Shown: piece after piece, positions 1 through 7,390 of the stretch | Layout of the letters: each line of letters opens with the position of its first letter | Position numbering within the stretch: the first letter of the stretch is position 1 | DNA from: a virus | Length of the DNA: 64,000 bases | IMG/VR virus record: IMGVR_UViG_3300045988_138000 | Strand: one strand, 5' to 3' | Made by a program: the position numbers and the translations under genes | The notes under the pieces: generated by a model | What the model was told of the DNA's origin: nothing | Database searches by the model: none | What the model saw: only the letters and a program-made list of their open reading frames with translations

Positions 1-685
1 ATTTTTTTTTTTTTGAAAGACTGGATTTGACAGCCTTTCCAAGGGGTGATATTCCGAAATGTATTGAGCCTTTCGTTTGTCTCCAATCTCGGCAAGTCTT
101 TTCTGCCCCCCCAATTCTGCAAATTGGTGTTGAGTCGTTCCAAGGCTTCGATAGACTGCATTCGCTGCCCCCCTCAAACGATTGCTGCTGGAAGTGACCC
201 AACTTATTGAAGTAATGCTTCACGGCAAGGTATCGCTTTTGAAGGTCTTGTATGGGGTCGATGAACGAGAGGTCGTGACCGAGTTCTTTGCCCAACGAAT
301 AGTCGCTGAAGAACATGGCATAGTGTATGGCTTTCTTCAATGGCTCAATCTCCTTAGAATAAAGATAATCGCGCAGATTGTTGCCAAACGACCACACCAC
401 AGCCACATAAGGGTCGGTGTCCTTCAGACGAAAGAAGTCCTCACGGCTAATCCATCGGTTTTCATCGTTGTACTTGCCGTTAAGGGCATCAATGAAGAGC
501 GTAGGACACATCCAGTTGATATCGTTGATATGTATGTGCTCATACTTGCCCATAAGCAGGGCAGCATGGCTCACGGCGCATCCACCACAGAACAAATCTA
601 CGAGGTGCGTGCGCTTGGGCAGGAGGCGCACAATGCGCTCTGCCAACTTGTTTTTGCTTCCTTTGTAAGGTAGTCCGTATTTCAT
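1..685 (-). CDS. D12-class (Dam-like) N6-adenine DNA methyltransferase, N-terminal part; 3-prime end runs off the window
   Basis: ATG at 685. My translation MKYGLPYKGSKNKLAERIVRLLP...VDLFCGGCAVSH shows the Dam-type YxGSK and FxGxG SAM motifs. There is no stop before the window edge, so it is absent from the ORF track. The frame beyond the C6/C7 runs (168-173, 106-112) is unverified. Confidence 0.6.
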   Translation of the reverse strand, partial: MKYGLPYKGSKNKLAERIVRLLPKRTHLVDLFCGGCAVSHAALLMGKYEHIHINDINWMCPTLFIDALNGKYNDENRWISREDFFRLKDTDPYVAVVWSFGNNLRDYLYSKEIEPLKKAIHYAMFFSDYSLGKELGHDLSFIDPIQDLQKRYLAVKHYFNKLGHFQQQSFEGGSECSLSKPWNDSTPICRIGGAEKTCRDWRQTKGSIHFGISPLGKAVKSSLSKKKK

Positions 686-717
686 ATCCTCTTGTTTGGT
701 TTAATTATTATTTTTTT

Positions 718-783
718 GTCTTAGAAATCAGCAAGAAGGCTCTTTTTACTTTTTTACCTTTTTACTTTTTTACCTTTAAAAGC
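718..783 (-). repeat. copy A of the (GTAAAAAR)n + TTCTTGCTGATTTCTAAGAC element
   Basis: Minus strand reads GGTAAAAAAGTAAAAAGGTAAAAAAGTAAAAAGAGCCTTCTTGCTGATTTCTAAGAC directly after the stop of 784..1818. Near-identical copies lie at 2839-2915 and 12012-12078. Confidence 0.8.
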
Positions 784-1818
784 TTACTTTTTCCTTATCT
801 TTTCCATTTCCTCATTCTCCACCGTCAGGCGTTCCAGGTGCTCCAGAACGAGGGAATAGCTTTGGTTGTTCACCTGGTCCTCCGTCAGACCGGCATACTT
901 CTGCATGGTGGCGGTGGTGGCAGTGTATATCTCCAAGGGCGTGGAGGGCTTCTGCGACTTGATGGGCTGCACCTTGAACACATGGCGGTAACGATGAGCG
1001 AGGGTGTGCATCACGCCCGTCCACCAGAAGAGTATCACCTGCCATGCCGTTTCGGGGAAGTCGCGGAAATAGGGCTGGTTCGTCTCCCACTGGTTCAACT
1101 CATAGTGGAAGTCGTGTTTCACCATGCCCGTGTTGCTGTCCACATAGTCGGTCGTGCCGTTGAAGATGGTGGCGAGAAACATCGTCCGGGCAGAACTCAC
1201 GTTCTCCATCTGCCGCTGCATCTGCTCGTCGGTGAAAGTGCCGCGCTGCTGCATCTTCAAGAGGCTGTTGCTAAGTCGGGTGTAGGTCTGCATCATGTCG
1301 GAGGCGAAGCGATACTGCGCCCACGAAAATCCGTCGAGGTCGTTGGCGGGTCCGCTAAACACCTTCTTGCGTCGCCACCATGCGCGGCGTCGCCGGATGA
1401 CAGGGTAGGGGAAGCGGGTGAGAAAGGCACCGTTCTCGTTGTCAAGCCAGTCGAGCAAGCCTGCTCCCTGAGCGATGTACTCTGCCGACTTTCGGGCGTC
1501 GGTCTTCGCCTTGGGCGACAGCCAATAGTTGATCTGCCACAGATACAGCGGAAAGGTGTCGTTGTCCTCATCGTCCTGCATACGGCAGAGGTAATACTGC
1601 TCGCTGATGTCGAGGCGAGAGTCGGGCAGCGCCACTATCTCCAAACCCGACAGGGCGAAGAAGATCGCCACCTTCACGTTGCGCATGTCGAAGGGGTGGT
1701 ATCTGTCCTGCCGCTCCACCTGCTCGCGTATCACGTCGGCTATCAGCTCCAACTGTTCCGTAGTGCAGAGGTTCCAGTGGCGGGGAAGATGTAAGTCTAT
1801 TTTTTTTGGATTGTTCAT
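784..1818 (-). CDS. hypothetical protein (344 aa)
   Basis: Long track ORF co-oriented in the leftward GC-rich late block. Antisense ORFs (838..1794 and others) judged to be GC artefacts. No motif recognised. Confidence 0.6.
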   Translation of the reverse strand: MNNPKKIDLHLPRHWNLCTTEQLELIADVIREQVERQDRYHPFDMRNVKVAIFFALSGLEIVALPDSRLDISEQYYLCRMQDDEDNDTFPLYLWQINYWLSPKAKTDARKSAEYIAQGAGLLDWLDNENGAFLTRFPYPVIRRRRAWWRRKKVFSGPANDLDGFSWAQYRFASDMMQTYTRLSNSLLKMQQRGTFTDEQMQRQMENVSSARTMFLATIFNGTTDYVDSNTGMVKHDFHYELNQWETNQPYFRDFPETAWQVILFWWTGVMHTLAHRYRHVFKVQPIKSQKPSTPLEIYTATTATMQKYAGLTEDQVNNQSYSLVLEHLERLTVENEEMEKIRKK

Positions 1819-1830
1819 TTTTATAGAATC

Positions 1831-2040
1831 CTAAGTTTTTATCCCAAAAATGCCAAAATTGGACGATTTTAGTACAGAAAAAATCTAAAATTGTACGATT
1901 TTATCCAAAAAACGACAAAATTAGACTATTTTCGTACAGAAAAAAATCCAAAATTGGACTATTTTTAATCCAGAAAAATCCAAAAGCTGGACCAGATTTA
2001 TCCAGAAAAATCCAAAAATGGTTGGGAAAGTTATCAAAAA
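1831..2040. repeat. tandem array of about 6.5 degenerate ~32-bp repeats
   Basis: Units such as TCCAAAATTGGACTATTTTTAATCCAGAAAAA, TGCCAAAATTGGACGATTTTAGTACAGAAAAAA and TCCAAAAGCTGGACCAGATTTATCCAGAAAAA fill the whole gap between the endolysin stop and the next start. Confidence 0.8.
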
Positions 2041-2595
2041 CTACCAGGTGATTTCTCTCCCCCGGTTGTCGACGAGCGAGCCGTATCGGATGCCGTCGAG
2101 CCGACGAAGCCATCCGGCGAGGAACCGCTTCTGTGACGGTTTGTTCTTCGCCAACCGCTCGTAGTACAACTTGCGGCGAGCCTTGAGGCGCGAGAAGAAA
2201 GCTTCGGGGTTCTGTCGGTTCAGGGCGGCCATGGTGTTCTTTCCCATGATGCCGTCGGCTTTCACACCCAGTATGGCTTGGGTGATGGTGACGGCGGGCG
2301 TACCACTGATCCACAGCCAGTCCACAAGGAGGTTGGCGATGCTCTGGTCATTGATCTCGTCGGCACGGCAGCGACGCCAGTAGCATCGGCGCAGGATTTC
2401 CGTAGCATCAGCATCTGAGATAAGTCGGAGGTCGCGCACGTCTATCCGTCCGTCGCCGTTCTTGTCGTACCCCTGCTGTCGCCATGTGCCGATGGTCACA
2501 CCCTTGTTGGTGGCACCGCCACGGTCTTTCGGGTCGTTCACGAAACCGCCCTCAAACGAGAGAATGAATTTAGCTAAAGGTTCAATCTTTACCAT
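2041..2595 (-). CDS. endolysin, GH108 lysozyme domain with C-terminal peptidoglycan-binding (PG_binding_3-like) domain
   Basis: N-terminus ILSFEGGFVNDPKDRGGATNKGVT is the GH108 signature. C-terminal GVKADGIMGKNTMAAL resembles PG_binding_3. Confidence 0.8.
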   Translation of the reverse strand: MVKIEPLAKFILSFEGGFVNDPKDRGGATNKGVTIGTWRQQGYDKNGDGRIDVRDLRLISDADATEILRRCYWRRCRADEINDQSIANLLVDWLWISGTPAVTITQAILGVKADGIMGKNTMAALNRQNPEAFFSRLKARRKLYYERLAKNKPSQKRFLAGWLRRLDGIRYGSLVDNRGREITW

Positions 2596-2635
2596 AGTTT
2601 ATCGTTTTCTTGTTCTGTTGTTAATAAATGTAGGG

Positions 2636-2643
2636 CAAAGATA
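2636..2643 (-). promoter_or_regulatory. candidate Bacteroidota -7 promoter box
   Basis: Minus strand TATCTTTG matches TAnnTTTG, 41 nt upstream of ATG 2595. No well-spaced -33 TTTG. Confidence 0.35.
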
Positions 2644-2810
2644 CGAAAACGCCATCCGTCGTGCGGGACAAAAATATCCCAGCTACTTTGTATGACAGAC
2701 TGCGCACCGGGTTGACGCAGCCGGAAACAATGGAAGCCGCAATGCTGCACTCTTCGTGGAGCAAAGCGGCTTCTGAAACGAAATATTATCCTGAAAAGGC
2801 AAGACTACCA

Positions 2811-2830
2811 TTTTGCTGACGCCAGCAAAA
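2811..2830 (-). terminator. perfect 8-bp hairpin (TTTTGCTG-ACGC-CAGCAAAA)
   Basis: Inverted repeat read directly, downstream of 2916..3419. No clear U-run, so terminator function is uncertain. Confidence 0.35.
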
Positions 2831-2838
2831 TGATATTC

Positions 2839-2915
2839 GGCTCTTTTTACCTTTTTACTTTTTTGTCTTAGAAATCAGCAAGAAAGCTCTTTTTACCTTT
2901 TTACCTTTTTACTTT
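2839..2915 (-). repeat. copy B of the (GTAAAAAR)n + TTCTTGCTGATTTCTAAGAC element, with the A-rich arm duplicated on both sides
   Basis: Minus strand reads AAAGTAAAAAGGTAAAAAGGTAAAAAGAGCTTTCTTGCTGATTTCTAAGACAAAAAAGTAAAAAGGTAAAAAGAGCC, starting right after the TGA of 2916..3419. Confidence 0.8.
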
Positions 2916-3419
2916 TCAAACATGGCTCATGTATTCCCATACTTTCGTACAGTCGAGTACATCTGTGTCCTTCCAGTCGGCATCACAGAAGTAGAACAAG
3001 TATGCGGCTTTGATAATCTCCTCTTCGCTCATCTCGGCGCAGAGGTCAGCATACATGGCATTGAAGGCTACATACTTGTCCCAACAATTCACCTTGCTTG
3101 GGAAGTCGAAGTCCTTGGTGGCTTGCTCAATCTCCGATTTAGTCCAGTGAGCGCCCCTGCCCATAGGCACACCCTCATCGTCCAACTTGCTGTAGAGAAG
3201 TCGGTCGACATCATGATGGGCAAACATCTCGCTGTAGTGGCGGTCGTAGAGCACGGCATGTTGGTGACGGATTATCTTCCAGTAAAGTTCAGGATCCTCA
3301 TTCTCCACCTTCATCAGGTCGCACGACAACTGCTCCAAGGCAGCATTGAGTTTTTTGTCTGTCATCTGTCCGTCAACACGGGCCTGGTTGATTAATTGAT
3401 TGTACTTCATGATTTTCAT
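2916..3419 (-). CDS. hypothetical protein (167 aa)
   Basis: Track ORF in operon orientation. The antisense ORF 2922..3395 judged spurious. Confidence 0.55.
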   Translation of the reverse strand: MKIMKYNQLINQARVDGQMTDKKLNAALEQLSCDLMKVENEDPELYWKIIRHQHAVLYDRHYSEMFAHHDVDRLLYSKLDDEGVPMGRGAHWTKSEIEQATKDFDFPSKVNCWDKYVAFNAMYADLCAEMSEEEIIKAAYLFYFCDADWKDTDVLDCTKVWEYMSHV

Positions 3420-3442
3420 TTACTTTTTAAATAACTAATGGT

Positions 3443-3622
3443 CTAACAATTGGGACAAGCACCACGGAAATGTGGAATGACGGGAAGCGCTTTCGCCTGT
3501 TCCGAATCGGGAAGAAAGAAAGAAACTTGCTTCAACTTTCTTTCTTTCTTATTTTCTTTTAGGTCGTCACTCGATGGTTCGGTCAGAGCCTCGGGCATGA
3601 CCTTCACTTTCTTTTCTTTCAT
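3443..3622 (-). CDS. small hypothetical protein (59 aa), C-terminus GACPNC
   Basis: Internal ATG (MKEKKVKVMPEALTEP...) of track ORF 3443..3760. The upstream part of that ORF overlaps 3567..3896 in another frame. Confidence 0.35.
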   Translation of the reverse strand: MKEKKVKVMPEALTEPSSDDLKENKKERKLKQVSFFLPDSEQAKALPVIPHFRGACPNC

Positions 3623-3896
3623 AATCGTATAGTCTTGTGAATAATCTTTGCAGCACAAGCAGCAAGAGCAAAAGCCAGTTGGAACAATAAGCTGCAAGAA
3701 TGGACAACAGCGCAGCCCCGACGGGAGAACAACGCATACACACAAGTACGGCAAGCACACTCCAGAACGTAAGGCACTGAGGGCATGATGCCACCTTGCT
3801 CAACACCTGGGCTACGGCTTCAGCCAATCCCAGATGCTGAATGAGCGTCGCGGCCGTCAGGACTGCGAGGGTTACTAACAGATACTCCGTCATCAT
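3567..3896 (-). CDS. small membrane protein (109 aa)
   Basis: Three hydrophobic stretches: LLVTLAVLTAATLI, FWSVLAVLVCM and NWLLLLLLVL. Confidence 0.5.
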   Translation of the reverse strand: MMTEYLLVTLAVLTAATLIQHLGLAEAVAQVLSKVASCPQCLTFWSVLAVLVCMRCSPVGAALLSILAAYCSNWLLLLLLVLQRLFTRLYDYERKESEGHARGSDRTIE

Positions 3897-3905
3897 CGTC
3901 AGAGT

Positions 3906-4337
3906 TTAAGCGGTCGCTGTGATGGTGAGGGTGAGAGGCGCATCGCACACAAAGGTCTTACTGCAGCTGCAACAAGCCACACGGGCTATGCCGTTCTGAA
4001 TTGCACCTACCGAAGCAGACACGGACGCAATGGCTGTGGCACTGAACACGGGAATGGTGAAGTCCTGGCTCACCACCTGGGAGCGGGTACAGCACGTGCC
4101 ACAGTTGCATGGCACGTAGTTGATGACACCCTCGACGTGCATCACCACGAGATACTGCGAGGTGCCTACCTTGACAATATTCTTCACCGAAAACTGAGGC
4201 ACGAACACGGGTGTCTCGTCCACGCAGGCAGGTGTGCAGAGCTGCTGCGTGATGTTCACATCGTAATAAGGGGCAGTGGCTGTCGCACCTACTGCCAGAG
4301 TAGCCGTAATGACGGCTGGAATGGTTCTTTTGTTCAT
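3906..4337 (-). CDS. secreted Cys-rich protein (143 aa)
   Basis: Start moved to MNKRTIPAVITATLAVGATATA, which looks like a signal peptide. Ten Cys, including CNCGTCC and ACCSCS. Confidence 0.55.
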   Translation of the reverse strand: MNKRTIPAVITATLAVGATATAPYYDVNITQQLCTPACVDETPVFVPQFSVKNIVKVGTSQYLVVMHVEGVINYVPCNCGTCCTRSQVVSQDFTIPVFSATAIASVSASVGAIQNGIARVACCSCSKTFVCDAPLTLTITATA

Positions 4338-4392
4338 AGTCTTTTTCTTTTTTAATAAAGCGACGCATCTTGGCCGCCGCATTTTTCTTACG

Positions 4393-4815
4393 TTAATGTT
4401 TCACCTGATAGCCTGTCGAAGACTCCACAGGTAGGTTCTTCTGCAGAAGGTCTGCCAGCTCGTCGAGGTCATCTTCGTCGAAGGTGATCATGCCCTCAAG
4501 GATAGAGAGCGACCCCTTGAAGCGCAACTGGTCCACCACGTCGTGAGCCATCTGCGGAATGCTCTCGTCGGGAATGTTGCCGAAGTACTTGCATAGCAGC
4601 GGCGTGACGAGCGCATTCACTATGGGCTGTATCATGGGCTCCATGTCGGCCTGCAGCGAGTAGTTGCCACTCACCAATCCCATGCTGCCGATGGTGGCTT
4701 GCAACGACTGGAGCATGGGTAGACGCATCAGGTTACTGGCAGCAATCTGCGAAATGGCTGGCCGTGCCCACTCGGACACGACCGCCGCCAAAATCTGAGA
4801 ATTGGTGTAATCCAT
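4393..4815 (-). CDS. hypothetical protein (140 aa)
   Basis: Track ORF tightly packed between neighbours on the same strand. Confidence 0.55.
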   Translation of the reverse strand: MDYTNSQILAAVVSEWARPAISQIAASNLMRLPMLQSLQATIGSMGLVSGNYSLQADMEPMIQPIVNALVTPLLCKYFGNIPDESIPQMAHDVVDQLRFKGSLSILEGMITFDEDDLDELADLLQKNLPVESSTGYQVKH

Positions 4816-4827
4816 ATCTCACGCCGA

Positions 4828-5340
4828 TTACTGGTTGCAGCCACAACCGCAGCCGGTCTGGCATACGTTGGTGGAAGGAATAAACACCTTGGTGACACTC
4901 GCAAGAGATGCCACCTGTGACTTCAGCACGTCGATGGTGGCATTGGCAGCAGCATTGTATGCCATCTGCTCTGAATTGATCGCCTGCTGTGCGTCCTTGT
5001 TGGCATCCACCTTGTCTTCTACACGGCGCAACTTCGTGTCGAGATACTGGGTTACCTCTATCAACTTCTTGTCGGTGTAGTTCTCGCTCTTCTGGATGGC
5101 GAGCTCGGTCTTCAGAGTGCTGTTCTCCTGAATGAGGTTGGTCTCACTCTTGGTCACAAAACGCGCATCGGGGTCGGAAGGGTTGGCAGTAGCCGGACCG
5201 CCGTTTCTCGTCATGCCCAACAGCGAAGCACCACCGCCCAAAAGGCTGGTAGCCAATCCCGCAATACCAAGGCCAAGGGCTGTGTTGCCTAAGCCTTTGC
5301 TGGCAACATCATAGTTGCCGTCATTAGTTTTTACTTGCAT
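4828..5340 (-). CDS. membrane-anchored coiled-coil protein with C-terminal CQTGCGCGCNQ (i-spanin-like topology, inferred)
   Basis: Glycine-zipper TM segment GLGIAGLATSLLGGGASLLG, a long heptad-like middle region and a Cys cluster at the extreme C-terminus. Confidence 0.55.
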   Translation of the reverse strand: MQVKTNDGNYDVASKGLGNTALGLGIAGLATSLLGGGASLLGMTRNGGPATANPSDPDARFVTKSETNLIQENSTLKTELAIQKSENYTDKKLIEVTQYLDTKLRRVEDKVDANKDAQQAINSEQMAYNAAANATIDVLKSQVASLASVTKVFIPSTNVCQTGCGCGCNQ

Positions 5341-5384
5341 AATGATTGATATTAATAAAATTCTTCCAATATCGGAATCATCTG

Positions 5385-5392
5385 CAAAAGTA
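5385..5392 (-). promoter_or_regulatory. candidate -7 promoter box
   Basis: Minus strand TACTTTTG matches TAnnTTTG, 45 nt upstream of ATG 5340. Confidence 0.35.
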
Positions 5393-5515
5393 AAGGGAAA
5401 CAGACAAAAATAAAAGGGAAGTCTATGAAGTGTTCTTACAGAAAAACCAGGAAACAGAAATGCTTATGAAAACATAAACAGGCACAATATATAAAGGTAT
5501 AATAACAATATCTTT

Positions 5516-6424
5516 TTATCGCATGGCTTCCTCAAGAGTTTTAATATAAGGTATGGCTTCGTTGCGCACAATGTCGAGAAAAAGTTGTGCTGACCGCTTC
5601 ATCGGCACGTCCTTCATCCAGTGGGCATTGCTCATCAGGTCGTGCTCAAGCCCCACGATGGGACGGACGGTAAGGGCGGGGTGACTCTTCAGATAAAGTT
5701 TAGGCATGAAAGTAACACAATGGGTTTCTTCCACGATAGCAAGGTCTTCGTTGGGGTCGCTCACAATACATTTTACATTCAGTTTCATCAAGTCGTATCT
5801 CAGATATTGCTGGAAGGTATTGAACACCCTTTCGCCTACATCGGGCATAATCACGTTGTGCCTTAACAAATCCTCGTATGACACCTTTTCCAGTCGGGCC
5901 AGGGGATGGGTGTCCCGCATCATCGCATAGATACGGAAAGGAATACAGGGTTCTGACTTGATACCCTCATTCTTGTAGGCAGAGTTCAGAGTGAAGGCGA
6001 GGTCGATGGAGTGGCTTCTCAACAGGTGGTTCAAGTTCGCTGCCTTGGCAAACTCGGCGTTGATTCTCACATTCGGGTATCGCTCCATGAAGATAAGTGC
6101 CGCCATCCGAATGTAAGGTGCGATAAAAGAGCCTACACCTATCCTCAGCTCGCCCACAAGGCAGTTGTTGAGCGCATTGATTTGTTCCTTGCAATCATCC
6201 GTCTGCTTCAGTATCTCCTTGGCGCGAGGCAAAAGCGCCTCGCCACTCTCAGTGAGCATAATGCTGTGCGAGGTGCGGATAAGCAACTTGCACCTCAGTT
6301 CATCCTCAAGAGCCTTGATGTGTTGACTGATGGCGGACTGAGTGACACAACAGCGCGTGGCTGCAATACTGAACGATAAAGTTTCGGCTACATATACAAA
6401 TGAGCGCAAATGACGAAGTTCCAT
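5516..6424 (-). CDS. LysR-family transcriptional regulator
   Basis: N-terminus MELRHLRSFVYVAETLSFSIAATRCCVTQSAISQHIKALEDEL is a canonical LysR wHTH. Length of 302 aa fits, with a substrate-binding-type C-terminal domain. Confidence 0.9.
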   Translation of the reverse strand: MELRHLRSFVYVAETLSFSIAATRCCVTQSAISQHIKALEDELRCKLLIRTSHSIMLTESGEALLPRAKEILKQTDDCKEQINALNNCLVGELRIGVGSFIAPYIRMAALIFMERYPNVRINAEFAKAANLNHLLRSHSIDLAFTLNSAYKNEGIKSEPCIPFRIYAMMRDTHPLARLEKVSYEDLLRHNVIMPDVGERVFNTFQQYLRYDLMKLNVKCIVSDPNEDLAIVEETHCVTFMPKLYLKSHPALTVRPIVGLEHDLMSNAHWMKDVPMKRSAQLFLDIVRNEAIPYIKTLEEAMR

Positions 6425-6464
6425 AATAGTTAAATGTTAATAGACCAATAATAAATTCATGCCG

Positions 6465-6472
6465 CAAATTTA
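6465..6472 (-). promoter_or_regulatory. candidate -7 promoter box for the LysR gene
   Basis: Minus strand TAAATTTG matches TAnnTTTG, 41 nt upstream of ATG 6424. Confidence 0.4.
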
Positions 6473-6529
6473 CACAAAATATTTAAAGATAACAGAAACC
6501 TCGCATTAAAAATGCTAATATTATAATAA

Positions 6530-6572
6530 CAAAAAACTCGGTATCATAGACTTATTAGTCAAGATACCGAGT
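6530..6572 (-). terminator. rho-independent terminator
   Basis: 10-bp stem ACTCGGTATC / GATACCGAGT followed by T6 on the minus strand. Closes the head-gene operon ahead of the LysR gene. Confidence 0.65.
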
Positions 6573-6796
6573 CTTTGAATTTATAGATTTTAAATTGTAA
6601 ATGTTTTGTCTTACAATTTAGAGCGATCAATCATCATCAATCAATGTACTGGCGGCGCTTGTCGGAGTTGTACTTGCGTCTGTCGGCTTCACACTTGCAG
6701 TGCTCGTCCTTGCTGCAGTCGTTCTCGCAGCCGCTTTCTTTGCTGCTGATGTTCCTTGATCGGCGGAATCAGTCTCGCTCTTATCAGTTCCGCCCG

Positions 6797-7363
6797 TTAT
6801 CCCCCCACTGCCTTGGAAGCAAGGAGTGAATCCCAGCCATCCGTAGTAGGATCGGTCACGTAGAGGTTAGGATAAAGTACACCGTTCAGTTTTGCCTCAA
6901 AGGTGGTTTTACGCTCGTCGCCACTCTTGGCACCAGTGTCGGTTTTGATGCCGCCATTGTCGAACTTCACCTTGATGTTAGGATCGTACATGATTTGCGT
7001 TCTGTCGCCACCCTTACCTGTTACGATGATGAAAACATCCTGGTTGTTGATAGCGCGGGCCAACTTGCCGCCTGTCTCACTCACAGAGTCGAGAGCAAAG
7101 TTAGTTGTAAGATCGAAGCCACCTCTGTAACCAGCCGAAGAACCCTGGATCTGCTGTGTGTCATCGCTGGCTTCAACCTTGTAAAGTCCCTTACCGCTCT
7201 TGAAGGTAGGAGTAGAATAAGTGCTGCCTGTGAGAGTCAGTGGCGCAGCCAAATCACTCTTCAGACCGATATACACATTATTGCCCATACCTGCGATATT
7301 CTCCAAGCACTCGTTTTCGTTCAGTACATCCAAGAGCTCAGGACATGTTGCTTTTTCTACCAT
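6797..7363 (-). CDS. virion structural protein, function unassigned (188 aa; beta-rich)
   Basis: Track ORF immediately downstream of the capsid gene behind a leaky terminator. Ends ...KAVGG on a G6 run. Confidence 0.6.
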   Translation of the reverse strand: MVEKATCPELLDVLNENECLENIAGMGNNVYIGLKSDLAAPLTLTGSTYSTPTFKSGKGLYKVEASDDTQQIQGSSAGYRGGFDLTTNFALDSVSETGGKLARAINNQDVFIIVTGKGGDRTQIMYDPNIKVKFDNGGIKTDTGAKSGDERKTTFEAKLNGVLYPNLYVTDPTTDGWDSLLASKAVGG

Positions 7364-7390
7364 AGTCGTATCTTGTTTTAATGGTTTAAT

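Noticed and set aside
2-15. T14 homopolymer at the very start of the window (A14 within the Dam-like reading frame)
   Set aside because: It cannot be distinguished from a contig-end or assembly artefact, and there is no way to judge it with only one flank visible.
838-1794. Long antisense or alternative-frame ORFs in GC-rich segments. Examples: 838..1794 (+), 29964..30593 (-), 49762..50451 (+), 57114..57851 (+), 55007..55531 (+), 47677..48054 (-)
   Set aside because: Each overlaps a gene with recognisable motifs or operon context on the other strand or frame. Their translations are Arg/Gly/His/Leu-rich low-information sequence, and they lack sensible start contexts.
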